DNA of 64,000 nt from Candidatus Krumholzibacteriota bacterium. Lineage in GTDB: Bacteria; Krumholzibacteriota; Krumholzibacteriia; JAJRXK01. Position numbers and translations under genes: made by a program. The stretch spans positions 288,001 to 352,000 of the forward strand of contig CAVSGG010000008.1 in the NCBI GenBank assembly GCA_963727455.1, written 5' to 3'. Below, in pieces: positions 8,982 through 18,533 of this stretch (position 1 is the first letter of the stretch; each line of letters opens with the position of its first letter). The notes beneath the pieces are model-generated. The model had not been told where the DNA came from. It was given only the letters and a program-made list of their open reading frames with translations, and did no database searches.

Positions 8982-10172
8982 ATGAAGATTGCCATCCTGA
9001 CTCGCAACGCGCGCGGTTACTCCGTACGAAGATTGCGGCATGCGGCCGTGGAGCGAGGACACAGGGTCCGCGCCTACGACACCTTGAAGTTTGCGCTCCA
9101 CGTCGAATCCCGTGAGCCCGATCTCCTTTACAACCAGCGCGCGATCGAGAACTGTGACGTGGTGATTCCACGCATTGGCTCCTCGATCACTCCCTTCGGC
9201 ACCGCAGTCGTGCGGCAGTTCGAGCAAATGGGGGTCAGCTGTCTCAACACCTCGACCGCCATCAGCGTTTCCCGCGACAAGTTGCGTAGTCTTCAGGTAC
9301 TGAGCCGCCATGAGATCGGCATGCCGGAGTCGGCTTTCGTTCGCCGCAAGGAGGACGTACTGCCGGCCATTCGCGGCGTCGGAGGAGCGCCCGTGATCAT
9401 CAAGCTGCTCGAGGGTTCTCAGGGAATCGGGGTGATCCTGGCCGACAAAGAGCAGATCGCGGCGGCGATCATCGAGACCCTGCAGAGCGCGATGCAGAGC
9501 GTGCTCATTCAGAAGTTCGTATCCGAGAGCAAGGGAAAGGACATCCGCGCGCTCGTGGTGGGAGGACGCGTGGTGGCCGCAATGCGTCGCCGGGCAGCCG
9601 GCCAGGAGTTTCGCAGCAACGTGCATCGCGGAGGACGCACCGAGCCGGTGGAACTGGACGAAGAGTATCAACGAACCGCGGTGAAAGCGGCCCAGATCAT
9701 GGGCTTGCGCCTGGCCGGCGTGGACATCCTCGAGAGCGAAGAAGGTCCCCAGGTGATGGAGGTCAATTCCTCTCCTGGGCTCGAAGGAATTGAGAAGGCC
9801 ACCGGGGTGGATGTCGCGGGAGCGATCATCGAACACCTCGAGGAGCTTCTGCTCTTCCCGGAAATCGACCTACGGCAACGCCTCACCCTGAAGAGCGGAT
9901 ATGGCGTCGCGGAATTCCAGGTGAATCGGAATTCGAGCCTGTGCAATACGACCATCGCAGAGTCGGGACTGAGAGATCGCGATGTGCTCGTCCTGAGCGT
10001 ACAGAGGGCCGGTATCAGCTTTCCCGCGCCGCACGGCGGCCATGAGATTCGTCCCGGGGACACTCTGGTGTGCTACGGCAAGATCCTCACCCTGAAATCG
10101 CTCATCCCGGCAAGGAAGCCGCGGAGACGCAAAAAGAAACGGAATTCGAGTTCTGGTGGAGGGCGCGGATGA
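8982..10172 (+). CDS. rimK: RimK-family alpha-L-glutamate ligase with C-terminal RCK_C (TrkA-C) domain
   Basis: VIPRIG, SRDKLRSLQ, IKLLEGSQGIGV, FRSNVHRGG, EVNSSPGLEGIE; tail '..LRDRDVLVLSVQR..P....IRPGDTLVCYG'. Confidence 0.92.
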   Translation: MKIAILTRNARGYSVRRLRHAAVERGHRVRAYDTLKFALHVESREPDLLYNQRAIENCDVVIPRIGSSITPFGTAVVRQFEQMGVSCLNTSTAISVSRDKLRSLQVLSRHEIGMPESAFVRRKEDVLPAIRGVGGAPVIIKLLEGSQGIGVILADKEQIAAAIIETLQSAMQSVLIQKFVSESKGKDIRALVVGGRVVAAMRRRAAGQEFRSNVHRGGRTEPVELDEEYQRTAVKAAQIMGLRLAGVDILESEEGPQVMEVNSSPGLEGIEKATGVDVAGAIIEHLEELLLFPEIDLRQRLTLKSGYGVAEFQVNRNSSLCNTTIAESGLRDRDVLVLSVQRAGISFPAPHGGHEIRPGDTLVCYGKILTLKSLIPARKPRRRKKKRNSSSGGGRG

Positions 10173-11236
10173 AGAAGAGCACGCCCGCATTCCGCCTGGG
10201 AGGGATCAGGGTGCCACGTGGCGAATCGCGTGACATTCGTCTCGAGCTGAGCCGAAGCTACACCGGCGATGCGATCAGCCTACCGGTGCACGTGCTGCGG
10301 GGCAGAACAAAAGGACCGACCGTCTTCGTGACCGCAGCGATCCACGGCGACGAGATCAACGGCACGGGAATTCTGCACGAGATTCTCTTTGATACTCCCC
10401 TGAAGCTCATTGCTGGGACCTTGATCCTGGTCCCGGTCGTCAACGTCTTCGGTTTCGAGACGCAGGATCGCTACATGCCCGATCGTCGCGATCTCAATCG
10501 TTTCTTCCCGGGTGATCCTACCGGAAGTCTGACAAGACGCATCGCGCACACCCTCTTCTCGCAGATCGTCGCGCAGAGCAATTTCGGGATCGATCTGCAC
10601 ACTGCGGCCACCGGACGCACCAACTTTCCCAACGTACGAGGCGATCTGCGCGACAAGGAGGTCCGTCGTCTGGCGCGCTCCTTCGGTTGCGAACTCATGG
10701 TGCACGGCCGTGGCCCCGAGGGCTCTTTGCGCCGGGAAGCGGTCAGGGCGGGTTGTCCGACGATTCTCTTGGAGGCCGGTGAACCCTGCAAGATCGAGCG
10801 TGGAGTGCAGGAAACCGGGGTGCGGGGGATTCTGAACGTCCTCTCCGAGCTGCAGATGATCGACAGGAAACCGGTCCGCCCCCCCTATCAGGTCAAGATC
10901 GAACGCTCTGTATGGCTGCGAGCGGAAGCAGCGGGAATCCTGCGCTTCCACGTGAGTCCGGGCGAACTGATCGAAGCGGGCCAGGCCATCGCAACCAACG
11001 TGAGCGTGTTCGGCGAGACGCAAAACACCCTGCTCACACCTGTCGACGGAATTGTTCTGGGGATGACAACCCTTCCCGCGGTGAAGCCGGGCGAACCGGT
11101 ATGTCATTTGGCGATACCCTCGCGCTCGTTGAAGGGAGTGCGTCGGGCTCTGGAGCGTACCAGGGCCACCGAGTTCGAGACCGTCACACCGGGGCAACTC
11201 TCTTCGCGGTCGATTTTTGAGCCGCGCGAGGACTGA
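10169..11236 (+). CDS. Succinylglutamate desuccinylase/aspartoacylase-family (M14) deacylase
   Basis: AAIHGDEING, DLNRFFPG, IDLHT, LLEAGE. Confidence 0.9.
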   Translation: MKKSTPAFRLGGIRVPRGESRDIRLELSRSYTGDAISLPVHVLRGRTKGPTVFVTAAIHGDEINGTGILHEILFDTPLKLIAGTLILVPVVNVFGFETQDRYMPDRRDLNRFFPGDPTGSLTRRIAHTLFSQIVAQSNFGIDLHTAATGRTNFPNVRGDLRDKEVRRLARSFGCELMVHGRGPEGSLRREAVRAGCPTILLEAGEPCKIERGVQETGVRGILNVLSELQMIDRKPVRPPYQVKIERSVWLRAEAAGILRFHVSPGELIEAGQAIATNVSVFGETQNTLLTPVDGIVLGMTTLPAVKPGEPVCHLAIPSRSLKGVRRALERTRATEFETVTPGQLSSRSIFEPRED

Positions 11237-11240
11237 CACG

Positions 11241-12074
11241 ATGAGTTCTACACACATCCACCGCTGGACGCACCGGGCCGAGGATACCCAGAGCCCACCC
11301 GAGACCGATTCGCCCAGCATCGTGCTGAGGTATCGTGGACGACCCGGCGCCGACGGGAAGTGCGAGGACGCCGCACTCGTGCTCGAACTCGGGCCCCACT
11401 CCTACCTGCTGGCCGTGGCGGACGGAATGGGAAGCGGAGCCAGAGCAGACGATGCCTCGGCCGCGATCGTCGAGTGCCTGGCCAAGCGCGCCAGTTCGCT
11501 CGTGGACGAGAGCACGTCCCGTCTGGAGATCCTCAATGCCATCGAAGAGGCCAGCGAGCAAATCCGCGGTTGGGGCGTGGGTGCTGCCACGACCGTCGTC
11601 ATCGCCCGGGTCGATGGCGAGGCCTATCGCACCTACCACGTGGGAGACTCGGAAGCTCTGGTCACTGGACAGCGCGGGAAGTTGAAGTGGCAGACCGTTT
11701 CGCACTCGCCAGTCGGCTATGCGCAGGCTTCCGGACTCCTCGACGCGCACGACGCCATGGTGCACGAGGAGCGCCATCTGGTGAACAGCATGCTCGGCAT
11801 GGAGGGGATGCGCGTGGACGTGGGAGAGCGGCGCCACTTCGCCGCGCGCGATACCTTGGTGCTGGGAAGCGACGGCCTCTTCGACAACCTGGAAGTGTCG
11901 GAGATCGTGGAGCTCATCCGGCGCGGTCCTCTGAAGAGAGCGGCCGACTCGCTGCTCACCAGCAGTCTTCAACGTATGAACCGCCCCGAGGCGGAGGGTC
12001 CGGGCAAACCGGACGATATCGCATTCATTCTCTATCGCCCGAAGCTCACGCCCTCTGGGAGCCAGACAAAATGA
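11241..12074 (+). CDS. PP2C/PPM-family Ser/Thr phosphatase
   Basis: EDA, AVADGMG, HVGDS, GSDGLFDNL, DDI. Confidence 0.88.
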   Translation: MSSTHIHRWTHRAEDTQSPPETDSPSIVLRYRGRPGADGKCEDAALVLELGPHSYLLAVADGMGSGARADDASAAIVECLAKRASSLVDESTSRLEILNAIEEASEQIRGWGVGAATTVVIARVDGEAYRTYHVGDSEALVTGQRGKLKWQTVSHSPVGYAQASGLLDAHDAMVHEERHLVNSMLGMEGMRVDVGERRHFAARDTLVLGSDGLFDNLEVSEIVELIRRGPLKRAADSLLTSSLQRMNRPEAEGPGKPDDIAFILYRPKLTPSGSQTK

Positions 12075-12805
12075 GTAGAGCACGCATCCAGAGTTTCAAC
12101 CTAAATCCCGGGCGTAAGATCGGGCGCAGCTACGAAGTCGAACAGCGGCTCGGGGGCGGTAGCGAGGGAGAAGTCTACCGCATCCGCGAACGCAGCACCG
12201 GAATCCTGCGTGCCGCCAAGTTGTTTTTCCCCCACCCCGATCCCAAGGGTACGATGCCCGCGCGTCGGGCACAGAAGTTGGAAGCGCTGCGCGACTGCCC
12301 GATCGTGATGCAATACTACCATACCGAGCACGTGAAGATCGGACAGCTTTGGACCACGGTGATGATCAGTGCGTACTCGCCGGGACAGCCGCTTCAGGAG
12401 TGGGTCGACCGTCACCGCGGCAAGCGCCTGCGTCCTTTCATCGCACTGATCATTCTGCACCGTCTGGCTCTGGGCTTGGAAGACGTCCACGACCGCGGTG
12501 AGTACCACGCCGACGTCCACACCGGAAACATCCTCATCAGCCAGGTCGGGGTGGATTTCCAATTGAAGCTCATCGATTTCTTCGATTGGGGCCGGCCGAG
12601 CCGCGCCAAGCAGGAGAACGACATTTTGCAGGCGGTACGCGTGCTCTACGACATGATTGGGGGGCCAAAGGGCTATCGGGAGAGCCCCAAGGACATCCGC
12701 GAGGTGTGCTGCGGGCTACGGCACGACCTCATCCTGAGCCGTTATCCGACCATGGCGGCTCTGCGCTATCACCTGGAGAGCTTCGAACCCACGATTCTGC
12801 CCTGA
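12071..12805 (+). CDS. Small Ser/Thr protein kinase-like protein
   Basis: LGGGSEGEVY, AAK, YHADVHTGNIL, LIDF; ATGA overlap with phosphatase. Confidence 0.8.
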   Translation: MSRARIQSFNLNPGRKIGRSYEVEQRLGGGSEGEVYRIRERSTGILRAAKLFFPHPDPKGTMPARRAQKLEALRDCPIVMQYYHTEHVKIGQLWTTVMISAYSPGQPLQEWVDRHRGKRLRPFIALIILHRLALGLEDVHDRGEYHADVHTGNILISQVGVDFQLKLIDFFDWGRPSRAKQENDILQAVRVLYDMIGGPKGYRESPKDIREVCCGLRHDLILSRYPTMAALRYHLESFEPTILP

Positions 12806-12880
12806 ATGGGCCCGAGGGGACCGCGGCCAGAGCCCCAAGGACAGGACCGAAATCCTGCGGAAAAACCACTGCCACCGAGC

Positions 12881-12914
12881 AAGAAAAAGGGGGAAGGCGT
12901 TTGCCTTCCCCCTT
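12881..12914 (-). terminator. Intrinsic terminator of the multiheme cytochrome gene (between convergent genes)
   Basis: Hairpin AAGGGGGAAGGC-4nt-GCCTTCCCCCTT followed by a T-run on the minus strand. Confidence 0.8.
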
Positions 12915-12948
12915 CCTCATCGGAACACCATGGGTCCGAAGCGAAGCT

Positions 12949-13986
12949 CTACTGCGCTTCCGCGAGCCGGCCGTTCACGTAGTTCTGCGTGGCTGTCAGC
13001 ACCGCGCGCGCATAGGTCGTATTGTGAACGCTCAACGAGCTGTCATCCAGCAGGAGCAGGTAGTTCCACACCGCTCCCCGAGCGTTTTCATCAGTGCCCA
13101 CTCCACTGGGAACGACCTGTGAGTGACTCGAGTTCAGCCAGCCCAGGGTCTCCAGGTCGTTGGCGAGAGCTTCGAGATCGGCCGCGAATGCGTTTTGCGT
13201 GTTCCTGACCAGAGCGGTCATGTCCGCCAGCTCGCCATGACACAGGATGCAGCCCTGATTGTTGATATGTTCGCCACCGTGAAAATCGTAGCTCATCCAC
13301 CAGGAGTGGCCGCCCGCCATTCCTTCTTCCGGAGGCGCAGCCATGTGACAGGTGATGCAGCCGTCGGGATTCCCGGTATTGTGCGCATGCAGGGCAGAAT
13401 AGGTCTGTCCGTTGAAGGAGTAGGCCCCGTTGCCGGTCAGCATGTTGGCCTGCGGTCCGTGGTGCGGTCCCCAATAGGGGGAGCCGATCGGATCAGGCGA
13501 GTCGAGAGCCGGTTCGGGAGCGCGCGCCTGGTGGCACATCGCACAGAGGTTGCTGTTGCCCCGGTCGTAGGCGCCGGCGCCCCCCATCTCCAGGTCGGTC
13601 GGGCCCGAGCTACGGAGAGCGAAGTCACCGTTGGTGTGAGGAGCGTGACAGGCGAAGCAGCCGATGTTGGAGGACTCCTCCAGATCGACGGTGGCACCGT
13701 CGTTGGCCACCCGGTACTGGAAGCCCTCGGTGGTGTGGCAACCCGAACAGGGGGCGCCACGGCGCACGTCGGTATCTCCCGTCGCGTGCTGGCTGGTCTC
13801 ATACTCGTTCTGGATGGCAACGATATAGTTCTGCATCTGGTAGTCGTCCGTATGACAGGCGGAAAGACAGGTGGCGGTTCCGGCGGGACCCGCGGGACCC
13901 TGTTCCCCCTGATCTCCCGTGCACCCGGCGAACGCGAGCAGTGTCATCGCCCCGATCAACAGCAAGACGGGGTTCAAGCGCTTCAT
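12949..13986 (-). CDS. Multiheme c-type cytochrome lipoprotein
   Basis: Lipobox FAGC; collagen-like GDQGEQGPAGPAG; CSGCH, CFACH, CAMCH, CITCH, CILCH plus atypical CLSACH. Confidence 0.88.
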   Translation of the reverse strand: MKRLNPVLLLIGAMTLLAFAGCTGDQGEQGPAGPAGTATCLSACHTDDYQMQNYIVAIQNEYETSQHATGDTDVRRGAPCSGCHTTEGFQYRVANDGATVDLEESSNIGCFACHAPHTNGDFALRSSGPTDLEMGGAGAYDRGNSNLCAMCHQARAPEPALDSPDPIGSPYWGPHHGPQANMLTGNGAYSFNGQTYSALHAHNTGNPDGCITCHMAAPPEEGMAGGHSWWMSYDFHGGEHINNQGCILCHGELADMTALVRNTQNAFAADLEALANDLETLGWLNSSHSQVVPSGVGTDENARGAVWNYLLLLDDSSLSVHNTTYARAVLTATQNYVNGRLAEAQ

Positions 13987-14197
13987 GGCATCATCCTCTC
14001 AAGTTCGATTCCCGAAGAAACACGGTGGAGGTGCCTCCAGCGGACCCGTCGACCACCGCACATGGCTTGGCCAGCCGTGCCAAATTTGGGCGCCCACAAA
14101 AGAGGAGTCAAGGACTTCGTAAACCTGTATTCGTGTTGGGCTTTCAAATCTTCAAAGATCGCACGCGCACGGTGGGGAGCGATCGCCGGGGCGAGCC

Positions 14198-14728
14198 TCA
14201 GACGAGTCGCTTCCAGTAGACCTCTTTCGCGTCACCGGGACCGTAGAATTCCGGGTAGCTGGCAAGGTGCTGAAAGCCGCAGGCGAGATAGAAGCGACGG
14301 GTGGGCTCATACTGCGGCCTCCCCGAGGTCTCGATGTAGATTTGCCGGCCATTTTTGCGCTTAATTTTCGCCTCGAGCTCCCGCAGCAGCCAGCGCCCGA
14401 TCCCCGAGGAGCGGTGCCCCTGGTCCACCGCGATCCAGTAGAGGTCGTAGCTTCCCTCGGTACAGGCGATCTCCCCGTAGCAGCAGTAGGCGCAAGTCAG
14501 GGGCTCTTCCGGCGAGGAGCCCGCGGATTCGACGAAGAGAAACTCATATCCGCTCGCCGCCCCCCGCCTGCGCCGTTCGCTCACCAGCTCTACCGCGACG
14601 GCGAGCTCCTGTGAGCTGAAAAAGCCGCTGGACCGCACGATCCTGGCTACCGTGTCCTCATCCTGCGGCCAGAGCCTGTCGCGAAGAAAGAGCCCGGTAG
14701 GGACGCCAGGCTCACGCTCTGCTTGCAT
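14198..14728 (-). CDS. GNAT N-acetyltransferase
   Basis: YDLYWIAVD, RSSGIGRWLL, IETS, FYLACGF. Confidence 0.85.
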   Translation of the reverse strand: MQAEREPGVPTGLFLRDRLWPQDEDTVARIVRSSGFFSSQELAVAVELVSERRRRGAASGYEFLFVESAGSSPEEPLTCAYCCYGEIACTEGSYDLYWIAVDQGHRSSGIGRWLLRELEAKIKRKNGRQIYIETSGRPQYEPTRRFYLACGFQHLASYPEFYGPGDAKEVYWKRLV

Positions 14729-16499
14729 CGTGTCCCTCTCCTCTAGCCTTGCTCGGCGAGTTCGACTCTTCCATCCCCTCCACGATCCCCTCGAAGAACG
14801 CGCGCGCGTTCGTGCCGAGATTGCGTGTCCGGTAGCCCCCCTCCTGCACCACGACGGTGCGCAGTCTGGCTGCACCGATCCGCCGTCCGTTCGCCCGAAA
14901 GTCTGCCGGGCTCAAGGACCAGGTCCCGGTGGGATCGCCCTTGGCCGTGTCCAAGCCAAGGGCTACCACCAGAAATTGCGGTGCAAATTCTTCGATCTTG
15001 CGCAGAGCCTTGCTCAGGACGGCGCCGTGGCGTTTTCCGTCAACTTTCTCGGGCAAGGGAAGATTCCAGTTGAAGCCTTCGCCCTGCTCCACCCCGTTCT
15101 CCTCGGCGAAACCGGAAAAGTAAGGATAGGCGAAGCTGGGATGACCGTGAACGGACACGGTCAGGACATCCGGACGATCATAGAAAATCGTCTGCTGACC
15201 GTTCCCGTGGTGATAATCGATGTCGAGGATTGCTACCCGCCCGTGGGCGCAAAGAAAATTCGCGGCAATCGCATTGTTGTTGAAGTAACAGAATCCGCCA
15301 AAGGCCGCGCGCTCCGCATGGTGACCCGGAGGGCGCACCAGGGCGTAGGCCAGCCGCTCGCCGTGCAGGACCGCTTCCGCCGCGGTCAGCGCGCAATCCA
15401 CGGCCGAGAGCGCGGCGACCAATGCGTTCGAGTTGAGCGGAGTAAAGGTGTCCATGCAATAGTATCCGGCCCGCACGGAGAGCTCCTTGGGAGCTCGCGC
15501 CTGGTTGCGCAGGGGAAAGACGTAGGGATAGACCGACTTCCCTTCGGGCAAACCCCGGCAGACTCTCTTGAAGAACTCGAAATAACTACGGTCGTGCACA
15601 GCCAGGATGTGTGATTCCGCAAAGTGCCGCGGTTTCACCTCACGAAACAGACCGCTCTGATCGAGGTCCTTTCGGATCGCCCGGATGCGTACCGGAGCCT
15701 CGACATATCCACGATCTTTGACGTGGTGAATCTCGTGACGGGCGTTCGCCACCAATACGATCGGAGCGGAGGCTGTCTTGCCCTGCGGGTTCTCGCGTGC
15801 TTTCGGCGCACGATAGCGTTTGGGTCTCAACTGCACGGGGTCGTCGACGAAGGAGGCCACGACTTCGTCCACGTAGCTCGACCCGAAGGCGTGACGATAG
15901 CGGTTTTGAAGGATCGCCCGGACGATCTTTCGCGTCGCGGCGCGGCGCAGGGGTTTGCCTGTCCCGAGGTCGTCGAAGACGAGGTAGGGCATTCCCTTCT
16001 GGTCCTCGCGCGGAGCCAGCTCGTATTTGGTATTGACGATGGGTCGAGCCCCATACCGCTCGTAGAAACGCAGGCGCGCCACGTTCTGCGCGTACTCTTC
16101 CTCGCTCGCGCATTCCTCGCGCTCGTCGGGAAGACACTCGAAGAAGACTCCCAGCGCGTCGAGGGAGCGCGCTTCTTCTCGAACTCGCTCGTACAGGGCT
16201 CCACCAACGCCGGAACCTCGCTTCTGTGGATCGGTCGCGATGTAGTCGAGGTAGACGAAGCGTTCGGCCCGGTCGTGGAGCACCATCGCGAAGCCCCGCA
16301 CCGCCCCACGCGCGTTGTCGGCAACGAAGAGATGGCTGCGGAATCGGAATTCGACGGGATCGTTCAGGCGCCGCGGCAAATCCGCGACTTCGCTTTCGCT
16401 GAGACCGGGAAAACGCTCTCGCAGGATCTCCTGCACACGCTGGATCTCCTGCCGATCGAAGGGCAGAGAATCGTCGAAGATGCGTCGAATGCGGAACAT
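14712..16499 (-). CDS. GNAT domain + Zn-dependent deacetylase (HDAC/acetylpolyamine amidohydrolase family) fusion
   Basis: N-terminal YLDYIAT..RGSGVGGALY..RFYERYG; C-terminal RPPGHHA, GGFCYFNN, DIDYHHGNG, GLD, QEGGY. Confidence 0.9.
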   Translation of the reverse strand: MFRIRRIFDDSLPFDRQEIQRVQEILRERFPGLSESEVADLPRRLNDPVEFRFRSHLFVADNARGAVRGFAMVLHDRAERFVYLDYIATDPQKRGSGVGGALYERVREEARSLDALGVFFECLPDEREECASEEEYAQNVARLRFYERYGARPIVNTKYELAPREDQKGMPYLVFDDLGTGKPLRRAATRKIVRAILQNRYRHAFGSSYVDEVVASFVDDPVQLRPKRYRAPKARENPQGKTASAPIVLVANARHEIHHVKDRGYVEAPVRIRAIRKDLDQSGLFREVKPRHFAESHILAVHDRSYFEFFKRVCRGLPEGKSVYPYVFPLRNQARAPKELSVRAGYYCMDTFTPLNSNALVAALSAVDCALTAAEAVLHGERLAYALVRPPGHHAERAAFGGFCYFNNNAIAANFLCAHGRVAILDIDYHHGNGQQTIFYDRPDVLTVSVHGHPSFAYPYFSGFAEENGVEQGEGFNWNLPLPEKVDGKRHGAVLSKALRKIEEFAPQFLVVALGLDTAKGDPTGTWSLSPADFRANGRRIGAARLRTVVVQEGGYRTRNLGTNARAFFEGIVEGMEESNSPSKARGEGHDASRA

Positions 16500-16503
16500 G
16501 ACC

Positions 16504-17526
16504 TCATGCCCGGTTCAAGAGCAGCCCTTTCGGGTTCCTTCCCGCCCGTGCCGCGAGAAGAACTTGGGTGATGACCTCCGAGCGCGAGAGGCCAGCATGC
16601 TCGGCCGCGGCCATGAAGCCGGCATCAGCGGAGAGACACGGATTCGGATTCACTTCGAGGATCCACTCCTGGCCCCCGCTGTCCACACGAAAATCCACCC
16701 GAGCGTAGCCGCGCAATCCGAAGAGCCTCCAGCATGCGCGCGCCTCCTCGGCGAGGCGGTCCAGCAGATCCTGGTCGCCCGCTCCCTCGGCGAACTTACG
16801 TACGGTGTGCCGGTAGTCGAAGGAAGTCTCGTCCCACTTCGCGGCGTAGCCCACGAGCTTGCGCTTGCCCGCCGGATAGTCGACGAAGCACATCTCGGCG
16901 ATGGGAAGGACGTCGGGTTGCCCGCTCTCCCCTTCTAGCATTGCGAGATTGAACTCACGCCCCTCGACCCAAGCCTCGGCGAAGGCCTCGCCGCCCAGAC
17001 TCGAGCGGCGCTGAAGAATCTGCTCGTGGAGCTCCTGCGGTGAGGTGGCCAGGATGACCGAGGAATCGTCGAGTCCGAGTGAGGCATCCTCCCAGACGGA
17101 CTTGACGATGTACTCCGCGGGCCAGACCACTGGTCCCTCGATCTTTCCGCCCTCGCTCATCCAAGCGGGAGTCGGTAATCCACTGGCCTTGAGCAGACGC
17201 TTGGTCCACACCTTGTCGCTGCACAGCACGATGGCGCCGCTGGGGGAACCGGTGTATCCGACGTCCAGCCGGTCCAGAAGCGCGGGCACCAAATGGATGA
17301 GACGGCCTTCGCCGTCGAGCGACTCCACCAGGTTGAAGATGAGGTCACAGCCCTCATCTTGCAGCTTCCCTTCGAAGTCCTGCAGAGGAAGGCCAGCCCC
17401 CAAACTGGACACGCGGTGACCGAGCGCGCTCAGGATCGCCGCGATCTCCTCGACCTGCACCATTCCGTCGCGTTCATCCGGACGGCCGGTGAGGGCCCTC
17501 TGGTCGTGGGCCAGCACGATTTTCAC
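16504..17526 (-). CDS. D-Ala-D-Ala ligase-like ATP-grasp enzyme
   Basis: IFNLVESL, YTGS, DK, KSVWEDASLG, EGREFN, YAAKW, GYARVDFR, EVNPNP. Confidence 0.85.
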   Translation of the reverse strand: MKIVLAHDQRALTGRPDERDGMVQVEEIAAILSALGHRVSSLGAGLPLQDFEGKLQDEGCDLIFNLVESLDGEGRLIHLVPALLDRLDVGYTGSPSGAIVLCSDKVWTKRLLKASGLPTPAWMSEGGKIEGPVVWPAEYIVKSVWEDASLGLDDSSVILATSPQELHEQILQRRSSLGGEAFAEAWVEGREFNLAMLEGESGQPDVLPIAEMCFVDYPAGKRKLVGYAAKWDETSFDYRHTVRKFAEGAGDQDLLDRLAEEARACWRLFGLRGYARVDFRVDSGGQEWILEVNPNPCLSADAGFMAAAEHAGLSRSEVITQVLLAARAGRNPKGLLLNRA

Positions 17527-18533
17527 GACGCTACGCCCTCTTGCAGCGCGAAATTTCCCTCTGGGATCCGCTTCGCGCCGGAGGCCACGATCCCCGCGAT
17601 CAGATCCCGGTAAGACATGCCCACTGCGGTACAGGTCATCGGCAGATCCGAATGAGAGGGGTGCATCCCGGGAAGCGGATTTACTTCCATTACATAAAGC
17701 TGCCCGTTCTCGTCTTCGCGAAAATCCACACGACCCGCGTCCCTACAGCCCAGGGTGCGCCAGGTGGCGAGCGCCAGCTCCGCACAGCGAGCGGCCGCTG
17801 CGCGGTCGGTCAGAAAGTAATGGACCAAGCTCTCGCATTCCTCCTTGTTTCGATAGGTATAGGCATTGGCATCGGCCATCTCGTCATAGCCCAGTTCCAG
17901 CGTCCCGATCACCACAGCCTCCTCCCCCGTGCCGAGGATGCTCGTGGTGAACTCCCTGCCTGCGAGGTAGGGTTCGACGAGCGCAGGTTGTCGATACTCC
18001 TTCAGGATGGACAGGCATCGCCGCTCCAACTCGAGGGGCTCGTCGATCTTCGAGTTTGCGTCGATTCCCTTGGCGGTTCCCTCGGCCACCGGCTTCACGA
18101 ACACGGGGAAGGGGAAATCCACTCGCGCGAGGTCCCGCGCGGACTCCACGACGACGAAATCCGTGGTCGCGATGCCCGCGCTGCGCAGCACGTGCTTCGT
18201 CATCCCCTTGTGCAGAGTCAAAGCGCACACCAGGGGATCGGAGAAGGTGTAGGCGATTCCGTAGGCCTCCAGCAGCGCGGGCACCTGGGATTCCCGACCC
18301 ACGCCCCAGAGTCCCTCACTGATGTTGAAGACCAGATCCCAACGGTCGCCGTCTGCGAGCCGCCGGGTAAGAGCTTGCACGTGTCCGATGCGATCCACCT
18401 CGTGACCGAGCGCCACGAGCTCCTGCTCGATGAAATCGATGGTCCCTTCGCGATCGAACTCCGCTGTTTCGCTCTCGCTATAACCCATCGCGAGATACTC
18501 CTCGCGCAGGTCGAAGGTCATGCCAATCTTCAT
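17523..18533 (-). CDS. D-Ala-D-Ala ligase-like ATP-grasp enzyme
   Basis: VFNISEG, RESQVP, YTFSDP, KPVAEGTAKGI, GREFT, GRVDFR, EVNPLPG. Confidence 0.85.
   Translation of the reverse strand: MKIGMTFDLREEYLAMGYSESETAEFDREGTIDFIEQELVALGHEVDRIGHVQALTRRLADGDRWDLVFNISEGLWGVGRESQVPALLEAYGIAYTFSDPLVCALTLHKGMTKHVLRSAGIATTDFVVVESARDLARVDFPFPVFVKPVAEGTAKGIDANSKIDEPLELERRCLSILKEYRQPALVEPYLAGREFTTSILGTGEEAVVIGTLELGYDEMADANAYTYRNKEECESLVHYFLTDRAAAARCAELALATWRTLGCRDAGRVDFREDENGQLYVMEVNPLPGMHPSHSDLPMTCTAVGMSYRDLIAGIVASGAKRIPEGNFALQEGVAS

Noticed and set aside
11360-12070. Long N-terminal extension of the kinase ORF
   Set aside because: Arg-rich alternative frame over the PP2C gene; the real start is the ATG at 12071
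14070-14085. Possible sigma54 promoter (TTGGCACG) upstream of the multiheme cytochrome
   Set aside because: No TTGC -12 element at the required spacing
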